From Promethearchaeia archaeon (GTDB lineage: Archaea; Asgardarchaeota; Lokiarchaeia; Sigyniarchaeales; SOKP01), in contig JAHQWH010000224.1 in the NCBI GenBank assembly GCA_029856105.1, positions 1-64,000 of the forward strand: 64,000 nt of DNA. Reading direction: 5' to 3'. The position numbers were made by a program, and so were the translations under genes. Positions 19,591 to 28,749 of the stretch are shown here, in pieces. The stretch's first letter is position 1. Each line of letters begins with the position of its first letter. The notes beneath the pieces are model-generated. The model had not been told where the DNA came from, made no database searches, and saw only the letters and a list, made by a program, of their open reading frames with translations.

Positions 19591-19713
19591 TAAACGGAAT
19601 AAACACATTCACCCATTTTTTTCCCATAATAATATCCTTATTTTTTAGGCTGAAAATTTAAATAATTCTCTGTACTTTATACTCACAGTATTAAAATAAA
19701 CACATTATAAGGT

Positions 19714-20808
19714 GTGGATTTGATTCAAGAACTGAAAAAAACGCCATTCTATAATATTCACGTGAATTTAGGGGCGAGAATGGTCGACTTTGCTGGTTTT
19801 AGTATGCCAGTACAGTACGAAAGCATTATTAAAGAACACGAAGCGGTACGCAATAAAGCTGGTGTGTTTGATGTGTCCCATATGGGGGAATTCCTGTTAG
19901 AAGGGAAAGATGTAAAATCTTTTCTCCAATATGTAATGATTAACGATTTAAAACTACTAGAACCCACAAAAGGACAATATTCATGTATGTGTTACGAAAA
20001 TGGGACTGTTGTTGACGATCTTGTTTATTACGAGGAAGAACCTGAGCGATTTAGAATGATCGTTAACGCTAGCAATGTCGAAAAAGATTTTCAATGGTTA
20101 ATCGAGCATATTGAAGGTAGGGATGTTAAAATCACTAATTTATCCTTAGAACGATGTCGTTTAGCGTTTCAAGGTCCAAAATCCGACGAATATCTCCAAC
20201 CGCTAGTGGATGTCGATTTATCTTCGATAAATAGGTTTTATTTTGCTCACACTACGTTAAACGGGGCTCCAATATTTATAGCTAGAACCGGGTATACAGG
20301 TGAGCGAGGATTTGAAATTTCATTTGATAACAAATATGCTGAGAAAGTATGGAATGATCTAACTAAAGCTGGAGCCTCACCAGCAGGGTTAGGGGCGCGA
20401 GATTCGTTGAGATTAGAAGCAACTTACTCATTATATGGTCACGAAATTAGCGATTCAATTACACCTATTGAAGCAGGTCTTTTTTGGCTCGTTAAACCTA
20501 AAGAGGGTATCGATTATATTGGAAAAGAAACTTTATTAAAACAAAAATCCGAAGGAACAGATCGAATTATTGTTGGGTTGAATTTACTTGATAGGGGAAT
20601 TATTAGAGAGCATTATAAAATCTTTAAAAATGGCAATGAAATTGGATTCGTGACTTCAGGAGGATTTTCACCTACACTTAAGAAAACAATTGGTTTAGGA
20701 CTTGTTGAGAAACAATATAGCGAAGTAGGAACGGAATTTGAAATTGAAATTCGCAATAAGTTCTTGAGAGGAAAAATAGTTGCTACACCGTTTTATAGAA
20801 ATGTGTAA
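19714..20808 (+). CDS. gcvT: Glycine cleavage system T protein (aminomethyltransferase)
   Basis: KTP, FAGF.MPVQY, FDVSHMG, RTGYTGE.GFE, GLGARDSLRLEA. Confidence 0.97.
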   Translation: MDLIQELKKTPFYNIHVNLGARMVDFAGFSMPVQYESIIKEHEAVRNKAGVFDVSHMGEFLLEGKDVKSFLQYVMINDLKLLEPTKGQYSCMCYENGTVVDDLVYYEEEPERFRMIVNASNVEKDFQWLIEHIEGRDVKITNLSLERCRLAFQGPKSDEYLQPLVDVDLSSINRFYFAHTTLNGAPIFIARTGYTGERGFEISFDNKYAEKVWNDLTKAGASPAGLGARDSLRLEATYSLYGHEISDSITPIEAGLFWLVKPKEGIDYIGKETLLKQKSEGTDRIIVGLNLLDRGIIREHYKIFKNGNEIGFVTSGGFSPTLKKTIGLGLVEKQYSEVGTEFEIEIRNKFLRGKIVATPFYRNV

Positions 20809-20836
20809 TTATCTTACAAAAAAAAAGTGAAAAATT

Positions 20837-21232
20837 ATGGAATACGAATTTCCTGACGATATAAAATATATGAAGACACATGAATGGGCGCGAATTGAAG
20901 GCGATATGGCTACAATAGGCATTACCGATTATGCTCAGCATCAATTAGGTGATATAGTTTATGTTGAATTACCCGAAATAGGAAGAACGCTAGAAAAAGA
21001 TAGCAATGCTGGTGAAATTGAATCCGTTAAGGCAGTTGGAGAAATTTTAATGCCATTATCCGGAGAGATCGCTGAGATTAATGCTATTATAATAGAAAGC
21101 CCCGAATCAATTAATTCTTCTCCCTATGGGACTGGTTGGATGATGAAGATAAAGGTTTCAAATAGTAGCGAAATTAACGAACTTTTATCCGTTGAAGATT
21201 ACAAAAAAATAGTAGAAGAAGAGAAAAAATAA
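20837..21232 (+). CDS. gcvH: Glycine cleavage system H protein
   Basis: HEW, GITDYAQ..LGDIVYV, lipoyl-Lys motif ESVKA, N.SPY..GW. Confidence 0.97.
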   Translation: MEYEFPDDIKYMKTHEWARIEGDMATIGITDYAQHQLGDIVYVELPEIGRTLEKDSNAGEIESVKAVGEILMPLSGEIAEINAIIIESPESINSSPYGTGWMMKIKVSNSSEINELLSVEDYKKIVEEEKK

Positions 21233-21269
21233 ACTTTTTTTCCAATTTTTAATTTTATTTCTTAAATTC

Positions 21270-22634
21270 TTGAAGTATGAGTTGGTTAATTTGGATTTTG
21301 TTCCTCATGACGATAAAACTATTACTGAAATGCTTAAAGTTATTGGCATTAATAATTTAGAAGAATTATTTCAAGATATTCCTAAAGATTTAATTATTAA
21401 CAGTTTAAATTTACCTTTAGGCTTATCCGAACCAGATGTTCTGAAAAACTTAAAAGAACTTTCTCAAAAGAATAAAGTTTATTCTAATTCCTTTTTGGGA
21501 GCAGGTTATTATTTTCACTACATCCCTTCTTTAGTTGATTTTGTAATAAGTCGTACAGAGTTCTATACTTCATACACACCCTATCAAGCAGAAGCTAGTC
21601 AAGGTTATTTACAAGCGATCTATGAATATCAAAGCGTAATTTCTCGACTCACCCAGATGGATGTTGCTAATGCGAGTATGTACGATGGATCTACTGCGCT
21701 TGCAGAAGCGGCTATTATGGCAACTATAATAACAAGGAAAAACAGTCTATTATTATTGGAAGGTATTCATCCCGAATATTCTGAAGTTGTTAAGACTTAT
21801 TGTTGGGGACAAGGAATCAATCTTAGAATTATCGCTGAAAATAAATTAAAAGACGAATTAAACGAAGATATTGCAGCTGTTTTATTTCAAAGTCCAAATT
21901 TTTTCGGAGATATTGAAGATGTGTCTATGTTAGCAAAACGAGTGAAAGAAAAAGCTCCTAATTGCTTATTGATACAATGTATGACCGACCCCACATGTTT
22001 AGGTGTTCTGAAACCACCAGGGGAAACAGATGTAGATATTTTTGTAGCAGAAGGGCAGTCTTTTGGAATTAGTCCCTCATTTGGTGGACCGGGATTAGGG
22101 ATTTTTGCAGCAAAGAAAAAATATTTGAGAAAAATGCCAGGTAGATTAGTTGGCAAAACAAAAGAAATTGACGGAGAACGCGAGGGTTTTTTATTAACGC
22201 TACAAGCCCGTGAACAACATATACGAAGAGAAAAAGCGAGTTCAAATATATGCACAAACCAAGCATTATGTTCGTTATCTGCCTTAATTTATATTATATC
22301 TTTAGGAAAAACAGGATTGCGCGAAATCGCAAGCCAAAACTTTCAAAAAGCTAATTATGTTAAAATCAAACTAACAGAAATTCCTGGTTATGAAATTTTA
22401 AACAAAAAACCAACTTATAACGAATTTATTGTAAAGTGTCCAGATGTTGATGCTCTTACTCATGAATGCAAGCAATTAAACTTACTTCCTCCTCTATGTC
22501 TCTCAAAATATTTTCCAAATTTGAAGAACATAGTTTTAGTGTGTGTAACAGAAATGAATTCTCGTGAATCAATTGAAAAGTTTATCAATGCTGCTAAAAA
22601 TGCTCTACATAACAAAAAGGAGGGAAAAAAATAA
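21270..22634 (+). CDS. gcvPA: Glycine dehydrogenase subunit 1
   Basis: FLGAG, YTPYQAE.SQG, NASMYDG, REQHIRREKA.SNICTNQ; start may be the TTG at 21291. Confidence 0.96.
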   Translation: MKYELVNLDFVPHDDKTITEMLKVIGINNLEELFQDIPKDLIINSLNLPLGLSEPDVLKNLKELSQKNKVYSNSFLGAGYYFHYIPSLVDFVISRTEFYTSYTPYQAEASQGYLQAIYEYQSVISRLTQMDVANASMYDGSTALAEAAIMATIITRKNSLLLLEGIHPEYSEVVKTYCWGQGINLRIIAENKLKDELNEDIAAVLFQSPNFFGDIEDVSMLAKRVKEKAPNCLLIQCMTDPTCLGVLKPPGETDVDIFVAEGQSFGISPSFGGPGLGIFAAKKKYLRKMPGRLVGKTKEIDGEREGFLLTLQAREQHIRREKASSNICTNQALCSLSALIYIISLGKTGLREIASQNFQKANYVKIKLTEIPGYEILNKKPTYNEFIVKCPDVDALTHECKQLNLLPPLCLSKYFPNLKNIVLVCVTEMNSRESIEKFINAAKNALHNKKEGKK

Positions 22635-24070
22635 TGGATATTAATGATTCTTTGATTTTTGAAAAAGGGGTTGACCGAGCCCAAAAGAATTTCATTCCAA
22701 AAATGGATGTTAAGACAGAAAAACTTGAGGACATCCTTCCCAAAAATCTCTTAAGAGATGTGCTTCCAATTCCAGATGTTCCTGAGGTGGAGATCGTTCG
22801 CCATTATGTTAAATTAAGCACGATAAACTACGGTGTAGATTCAGGAATTTATCCGTTAGGCTCTTGTACCATGAAATATAACCCAAAAATTAACGAGATA
22901 GTAGTACGATTAAATGAATTTTCGCAAATACATCCACTTCAGGACGAAAGTGAAGGTTCACTTGAATTACTATACAATATTTCAATAATGTTAAGTGAAA
23001 TTACTGGTATGGACGGATTTACCTTACAACCTGCAGCTGGAGCGCATGGAGAATTAGTTGGTATGTTAATAATAAAAAAATATTTCGAGACTAAAGGGAT
23101 TATCAAAGATAAAATTATAGTTCCAGATTCGGCTCACGGCACTAATCCTGCGTCGGCGAAAATGGCTGGATTTTCAATTATTGAATTACAATCAAACGAA
23201 TACGGTGAAGTTTCGCTGGACCATCTTGAATTTGCAATGCAACAAGGCGATGTAGCAGGAATTATGCTAACAAATCCTAACACGTTAGGTGTTTTTGATA
23301 GACAAATTAAAGATATAACTAAAATCGTCCATAAGCATGGTGGGTTATGTTATTACGACGGAGCAAATCTGAATCCTATGTTAGGGATCTGTCGCCCAAG
23401 AGATATGGGTTTTGATATAGTTCATTTGAACTTACATAAAACTTTTTCAACACCTCACGGTGGTGGGGGCCCTGGCTCTGGTCCTGTTGGCGTTATAAAC
23501 GAACTCATCTCATTTTTACCAAAACCCTATATAATCTCGACTGATGATAGCATTGTTTGCGAACAGAACAACGATAAATCAATAGGGCGAATTAAAGCTT
23601 TTTGGGGTAATTTTGGGGTAATCTTAAGAGCATATACTTATATACTATCTTTAGGAGCAGATGGTTTAAAACGGGTTGGTCAGATAGCCGTTTTAAACGC
23701 TAACTACCTAAAATGTTTGCTACAAAAGAAATACGAGCTTCCATATAACCGCAGGTGTCAACACGAATTTGTTTTGTCTGATAAAAATTTACCAAACGAT
23801 ATTACAACTGAAGATGTTGCTAAAAGAATTCTTGATTATGGTTATTATTCTCCAACTATTTACTTTCCCTTAATTGTAAATGGAGCAATAATGATTGAAC
23901 CGACAGAAACAGAATCAAAATATTCCTTAGATAAATTCGCTGAAGCGATGTTAAAGATTTACGATGAAGCGTTAAATAAACCAGAACTTTTGAAATCTGC
24001 ACCACATAACACCCCAATTGGGCGATTAGACGCGGTGATCGCTGCAAGAAAACCAATCTTGCACGATTAA
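22634..24070 (+). CDS. gcvPB: Glycine dehydrogenase subunit 2
   Basis: YPLGSCTMKYNP, QPAAGAHGE, SAHGTNPASA, PLP-Lys motif NLHKTFSTPHGGGGPG. Confidence 0.97.
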   Translation: MDINDSLIFEKGVDRAQKNFIPKMDVKTEKLEDILPKNLLRDVLPIPDVPEVEIVRHYVKLSTINYGVDSGIYPLGSCTMKYNPKINEIVVRLNEFSQIHPLQDESEGSLELLYNISIMLSEITGMDGFTLQPAAGAHGELVGMLIIKKYFETKGIIKDKIIVPDSAHGTNPASAKMAGFSIIELQSNEYGEVSLDHLEFAMQQGDVAGIMLTNPNTLGVFDRQIKDITKIVHKHGGLCYYDGANLNPMLGICRPRDMGFDIVHLNLHKTFSTPHGGGGPGSGPVGVINELISFLPKPYIISTDDSIVCEQNNDKSIGRIKAFWGNFGVILRAYTYILSLGADGLKRVGQIAVLNANYLKCLLQKKYELPYNRRCQHEFVLSDKNLPNDITTEDVAKRILDYGYYSPTIYFPLIVNGAIMIEPTETESKYSLDKFAEAMLKIYDEALNKPELLKSAPHNTPIGRLDAVIAARKPILHD

Positions 24071-24142
24071 TTTTTATAATCAAACCAAAAACAAGTAGAA
24101 GTAGAAATTAAAAAAAAATTACAAATATAATTAAGTTATTTT

Positions 24143-25021
24143 TTAAAGAATTGCCCCAGCTAAAGTATGTTTACAAGCACAATCTCTTTCAGTGTCTATT
24201 TTTGGAATAGTTAATTCCAACATTTTTTTAAGATTGTCAGCATTTTTCTCCATCGTCTCTAAAATCTCATCGATACTTACTGCGAGTTTTTTTACTGGAC
24301 CTCCACATATTGCACACTTATCTTGAATCTCAACAACTCCGCAATTTGAACATTCTCCCGCCCATACATCTAAGTCAGTAACCATTGCAATACAACAATA
24401 GCATAACTCTTTTTCAGCTGCAAGAACTACTTCTGGATATGTTGTCATTCCAATGACGTCTCCACCCCATTGTCTGAACATTTTCGATTCAGCTCTTGTT
24501 GAAAATCGAGGACCCTCGATACAAACATAGGTACCACCATTTTGTATTTCTAACCCATCAATAGATTTTCCAGTTTCGTAAAATAAATTATTTAAATAAG
24601 AACAATAAGGGTCTGCTTGGCTAATGTGACATACTTGCCCGCCTTCATAAAAAGTGTCCAGTCTTTTTTTTGTTCTATCAATGTATTGATCTACCATTAC
24701 AAATTTGCTCTTATCATGCTCCTTTTTTAGAGACCCAACTGCTGAAGGTGAAATTATAACTTTTACTCCCAATTCTTTTAAAGCCCAGAGATTAGCTCTA
24801 GAATTTACTTTGTGCGGAGGTATTGTATGTCCAGCTCCATGACGAGCTAAAAACGCTACTTTCTTTCCTTTAAATTCACCAACTTTAACAAAATCAGATG
24901 TATTTCCATATGGAGTATATAGCTTTATTTCCTCAATGTTATCTAGTTCAACATCTGAACCCGTTCCACCAATAATTGCTATTGAAGCGGATTTCGACTT
25001 TAAATCCTGTTTTGATTGCAT
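24143..25021 (-). CDS. mtnP: S-methyl-5'-thioadenosine phosphorylase with an inserted CxxC..CxxC segment
   Basis: IIGGTG, TPYG, LARHG..H..PPH, EGPRFSTRAES, IGMT..PE..LA, VTD.D; start taken at the ATG 25021. Confidence 0.93.
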   Translation of the reverse strand: MQSKQDLKSKSASIAIIGGTGSDVELDNIEEIKLYTPYGNTSDFVKVGEFKGKKVAFLARHGAGHTIPPHKVNSRANLWALKELGVKVIISPSAVGSLKKEHDKSKFVMVDQYIDRTKKRLDTFYEGGQVCHISQADPYCSYLNNLFYETGKSIDGLEIQNGGTYVCIEGPRFSTRAESKMFRQWGGDVIGMTTYPEVVLAAEKELCYCCIAMVTDLDVWAGECSNCGVVEIQDKCAICGGPVKKLAVSIDEILETMEKNADNLKKMLELTIPKIDTERDCACKHTLAGAIL

Positions 25022-25093
25022 AATAAAAACCAATTTTTACTTATAGAAGTATTAGTTATTTTAAGGAATTATTTTTATTGAATATTTCTAATA

Positions 25094-27100
25094 TTAAAAA
25101 AAATTTAGAAAATTTAGCAAATCTTCATATAAAGAAGTATTTTTTTTCATTCCCTTGATGTAAGGTCGATCTTTTGTATATTGTAAAAGAGCTGGAGACA
25201 TTTTATTATATTCAAACCTATATCCTTCTTTATGTGTGAAGCCAATACAATGAATGTCGTAGTTCAAATTTTTATTAATATATGTTAAACACGAGTTTAA
25301 TAAATTAGCATAACAAAAAAATTGAGGTATTGATTGAAGAATCTCTGATTTATTTTGTTTATAATCGAAAATAAGAATACAATTATCTACAATTCCTAAA
25401 AAATCAATATGACCTGTTTGAAAAACGAGTTTTTCTTTCCCATTAATAATGTTTTTTCCTAAAAATTTCCACACCGGAACTTCAACAGCCACGATATAAT
25501 CAAAACATTGTAAAAATTGACTTTGTATAGGATAATGATATGGAATCTGAGAATACTTTTCTATATAAGATTGGTAAATTTTATCTGCATACAAAATGAT
25601 TTTAGAGGATTTTTGTAATTTTGTTAAAACTTGTTTAGATATAAAATAGTGTTCTATTTCGTCTACATTCGCTCTAAACTGAGGTGTTCCGATTAGTTTT
25701 AAATTAGATGCACGAAGGTCAGGATCAATAAAAGCTTCGAAAGGATAATTAAAATTTTTAATGCTTATTAAAAAAGATTTTATAACCTCTGCAATCTCTC
25801 CATTATCATGCAAATTTTCGAATCTATAATTAAAACTAATGGATTTAGCGGTTTTAACTAACGATGGTTTTACATATAAATGATGTTTTTCTAATATATG
25901 TAGAATCTCATAATAATCATAATCACGAATCTCTGTGGTTTCACAAAGAATTATAGTTGAAAAGCGTTCATGTGTAAACATGTAAAATATTGTTTTTATA
26001 TACTTATTAATGAGACTTTTTTGTGTTTCAGATAATTTATCAAGATCCAAAACAGGCATGACTTCAATAATAATAGAATCTACGGTATAATTGTCTAATA
26101 CCATTCTATTTAGCTCTTTTGCGATAATGAGGATTATGGAAGATTTAAAATCACTCCATTGGTTAGTTGGAATGCCTGTTAAACCTAATTTATTTTTAAT
26201 ATTTTTAAAAATTCCTATGGAAACATCATACTCTTCAGCAAGAGCTAAAGCTGACATATAAGGATTTGTCAGCATAAGAAAACGTGCTCTAATATAGGTT
26301 TCAGCAAGAATTCTCTGTGTTTTGGATAAATTGTCAAGATCCAAAATAGGCGTGACTTCAATAACAATAGAATCTACGGTAAAATCGTCTAATTTTAAGG
26401 AAGTTAACTTAATTTCAATATCTTGAATGATAGCATCTCTAATAGGGGGAAAATCTTTAGTTCTAATACCTGTTAAATCCAAAGTATTCTTTATGATTTT
26501 GAAATTGTCTATAGAAATATTATATTCTTCAGCAAGAGCTAAAGCTGATATATTAGGATTTGCCAGCATAAGAAAACATGCTCTAATATAGGTTTCAGCA
26601 AGAATTCTCTGTGTTTTGGATAAATTGTCAAGATCTAAAATAGGCGTGACTTCAATAACAATAGAATCTACGGTAAAATCGTCTAAATTCAAGATTGTTA
26701 AATTATTTTCGATGTCCAGAATAATAGCATCTCTAATAAGGGGAAATTCTTCAGAAGGTATTCCCGTTAAATTTAAAGCGCTTCTAACCTTTTTAAAAAC
26801 CGATCTGGGAATATTATATTTTTCAACTAGACCTCTAACAGACGTACTGCTTTCTGTAATTAAATAAAATGTCGCTTGAATGTATGTAATAACATACTCT
26901 CTTTGGGTTTTAGACAATCTATTCAGATTTAAATCTGACAAGACTTTTTTAATTATACTATTGCTCGTAAAAATTTTCAAATCTAAATTATTCATTTTAT
27001 TGTATAGATCACGAATAACATCGTCCCTAAAAATTGTCCATTCTGTATTTGATATAAATACATTTTTATCATTATTTTTTAACATATTGAAACTACCCAT
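25094..27100 (-). CDS. Protein with four tandem 98-aa HTH-like repeats fused to a C-terminal PD-(D/E)XK (RecB/Cas4-like) nuclease
   Basis: C-terminal AVEVPVW...TGHIDFL.......IFDYK...Q...YA motif; repeats visible in both protein and DNA. Confidence 0.8.
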   Translation of the reverse strand: MGSFNMLKNNDKNVFISNTEWTIFRDDVIRDLYNKMNNLDLKIFTSNSIIKKVLSDLNLNRLSKTQREYVITYIQATFYLITESSTSVRGLVEKYNIPRSVFKKVRSALNLTGIPSEEFPLIRDAIILDIENNLTILNLDDFTVDSIVIEVTPILDLDNLSKTQRILAETYIRACFLMLANPNISALALAEEYNISIDNFKIIKNTLDLTGIRTKDFPPIRDAIIQDIEIKLTSLKLDDFTVDSIVIEVTPILDLDNLSKTQRILAETYIRARFLMLTNPYMSALALAEEYDVSIGIFKNIKNKLGLTGIPTNQWSDFKSSIILIIAKELNRMVLDNYTVDSIIIEVMPVLDLDKLSETQKSLINKYIKTIFYMFTHERFSTIILCETTEIRDYDYYEILHILEKHHLYVKPSLVKTAKSISFNYRFENLHDNGEIAEVIKSFLISIKNFNYPFEAFIDPDLRASNLKLIGTPQFRANVDEIEHYFISKQVLTKLQKSSKIILYADKIYQSYIEKYSQIPYHYPIQSQFLQCFDYIVAVEVPVWKFLGKNIINGKEKLVFQTGHIDFLGIVDNCILIFDYKQNKSEILQSIPQFFCYANLLNSCLTYINKNLNYDIHCIGFTHKEGYRFEYNKMSPALLQYTKDRPYIKGMKKNTSLYEDLLNFLNFF
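25865..27040 (-). repeat. Intragenic tandem repeat, 294-bp period, four copies (middle two most alike)
   Basis: caagat(c/t).aaa.aggc.tgacttcaata starts at 26041, 26335 and 26629; the outer copies are more diverged. Confidence 0.9.
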
Positions 27101-27291
27101 TTTATTAATTTTTTTTCGAATCGAATTTTAAAAATTTATAGCAAAATTTTGAGGGATTTCTCACTTAATAGTTAGAACCAAACTTAATTAAATCATATAG
27201 AGTTAAGATTTATCTTGAAAGAAATTATAAAAAGTAATATTAGGGATCAGAATTAAATTTAATTCCTTATTATTTTTCTCCAAAATATAAA

Positions 27292-28749
27292 TTACATATA
27301 AAATCTATACTGTTTAGGTAAATTTTGAATTTTTCTTGCTCTTGCTTCTGCTAAAATTATTCCAACTCTATGAGATACTTTTAATGTGATTGGAAATTTA
27401 CTACAAAATTCAGCATTATTCCAGTCCAATTTAGAAAAAGCCATAATTTCAGTTAATAATTGTTCATAAGTCGAATCACAGTCATGCAATTTGACGTAAA
27501 GGGGCGTAGGTACTTGGGAGCCAGGGTATGTGTTTAAAGCTGGGATAAAACCAGAAGTATAAAGAAAATGTTCATTGTTCGAAACTGATATTACCGTTCC
27601 TCTTACAACAGGATACTGATCATCAGTATAGAATCTAACACCTTTTCTTAATATACAAATAAAATTCTTATCTGAAATAGTTTTTGCACCTTCATTAAAT
27701 CCCTTTAATTCTTCTTTATTAAATTCAGTGGATTTATGTATCACTATTCTCTGAGGTTCTTGCCCCATGTGGTTCTTATACTCATTCACGATTTCCATCA
27801 TCAATGCAGAAGCATGATCTTCATCGAGATGAGGATTTCGATCTTGATTATAATCCCATGGAAATGGTTGTCCACGTAAAACATAACTCTGTCCTGTATG
27901 TAAAAATATCTGTGCCATACTTACACCCATCTCTCCCCCTTGTTCAATATTATCTGGATAAAACCCTACTCCTGCATAACATGTTCCTGGGTATAAATCA
28001 ATTACTTTCCAAGGGATTCCTGTAGCTTTATAATAGAGCCCGACTGAAAAATTCCAAGCAACCATCGATGGATCTTGCGTTTCGCCTTCTTCTTGAGTCC
28101 AAGTTCTTTCGGTGACTAATTGAGTTGGTTTTTGGTATTTTAAACCAATGGTTTTGATTATATTATGAAAGTCTAGATCTCCACCACTCATTTGAGCAGC
28201 TAGAATGGATTTATCGCTGAAAGTTCTTTTAGCAAATTTCACAATATGTGTTTTCATACGTTGTTTTTGAAAATGACCTAATTCCTCATTCATTACTGCT
28301 AGTAGTATGATATGAGGAGGTGGTTCTCTAACAATCATAGCATCCATTTTTTTTTCAAAAAGATTAATGTATTCTTGTCCTTTTTCAACTCGGGAAAGTT
28401 TTTGAAGACAAGCATCAAATTCTTTTTTAGTAATAATATCTTCCCAAGTTTTTGATAGAGAAATTTTACAATTAATTTTTGAAATTTGAGAAAGACCAGG
28501 AAAAAGGGTTAAATAATCCTTATCTTTATCAATTGGATAAATCTTATTTGAGAGATTGTAAAGAAAAGGTTTAATTCCATTGATAGAATTAACAGTTCCA
28601 ATAAGTCCCACTCGGATGGGTAAGTATTCTGCTTCTTTATTAATATCTGGTCCACAAGGGCCGTATTTTATTAGTCCAATACATGGATTAACATCTCTAC
28701 GCCCCCTCGAAAATATTAATTCTGGTTCACTGATTCTCCATACTCTCAT
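27292..28749 (-). CDS. ago: Short prokaryotic Argonaute (MID-PIWI), catalytically inactive
   Basis: EPELIF, DFHNIIK..PTQ, AWNFSVGLYYKA.GIPW, RIVIHK, RGT, LYTSG..P...TYPG..VP.P, KLDWN, PIT, C-terminal YRFYM; tetrad Asp positions replaced (CYAGVGF, IHKS). Confidence 0.93.
   Translation of the reverse strand: MRVWRISEPELIFSRGRRDVNPCIGLIKYGPCGPDINKEAEYLPIRVGLIGTVNSINGIKPFLYNLSNKIYPIDKDKDYLTLFPGLSQISKINCKISLSKTWEDIITKKEFDACLQKLSRVEKGQEYINLFEKKMDAMIVREPPPHIILLAVMNEELGHFQKQRMKTHIVKFAKRTFSDKSILAAQMSGGDLDFHNIIKTIGLKYQKPTQLVTERTWTQEEGETQDPSMVAWNFSVGLYYKATGIPWKVIDLYPGTCYAGVGFYPDNIEQGGEMGVSMAQIFLHTGQSYVLRGQPFPWDYNQDRNPHLDEDHASALMMEIVNEYKNHMGQEPQRIVIHKSTEFNKEELKGFNEGAKTISDKNFICILRKGVRFYTDDQYPVVRGTVISVSNNEHFLYTSGFIPALNTYPGSQVPTPLYVKLHDCDSTYEQLLTEIMAFSKLDWNNAEFCSKFPITLKVSHRVGIILAEARARKIQNLPKQYRFYM

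Noticed and set aside
25865-27040. DNA direct repeats considered as a CRISPR array or DGR template/variable repeat
   Set aside because: The period is 294 bp, in frame and inside one ORF. There is no repeat-spacer layout, no reverse transcriptase nearby, and the differences are not adenine-specific.
27292-28749. Active, eukaryote-like long Argonaute
   Set aside because: Only 485 aa, no N or PAZ domains, and the catalytic Asp positions are replaced
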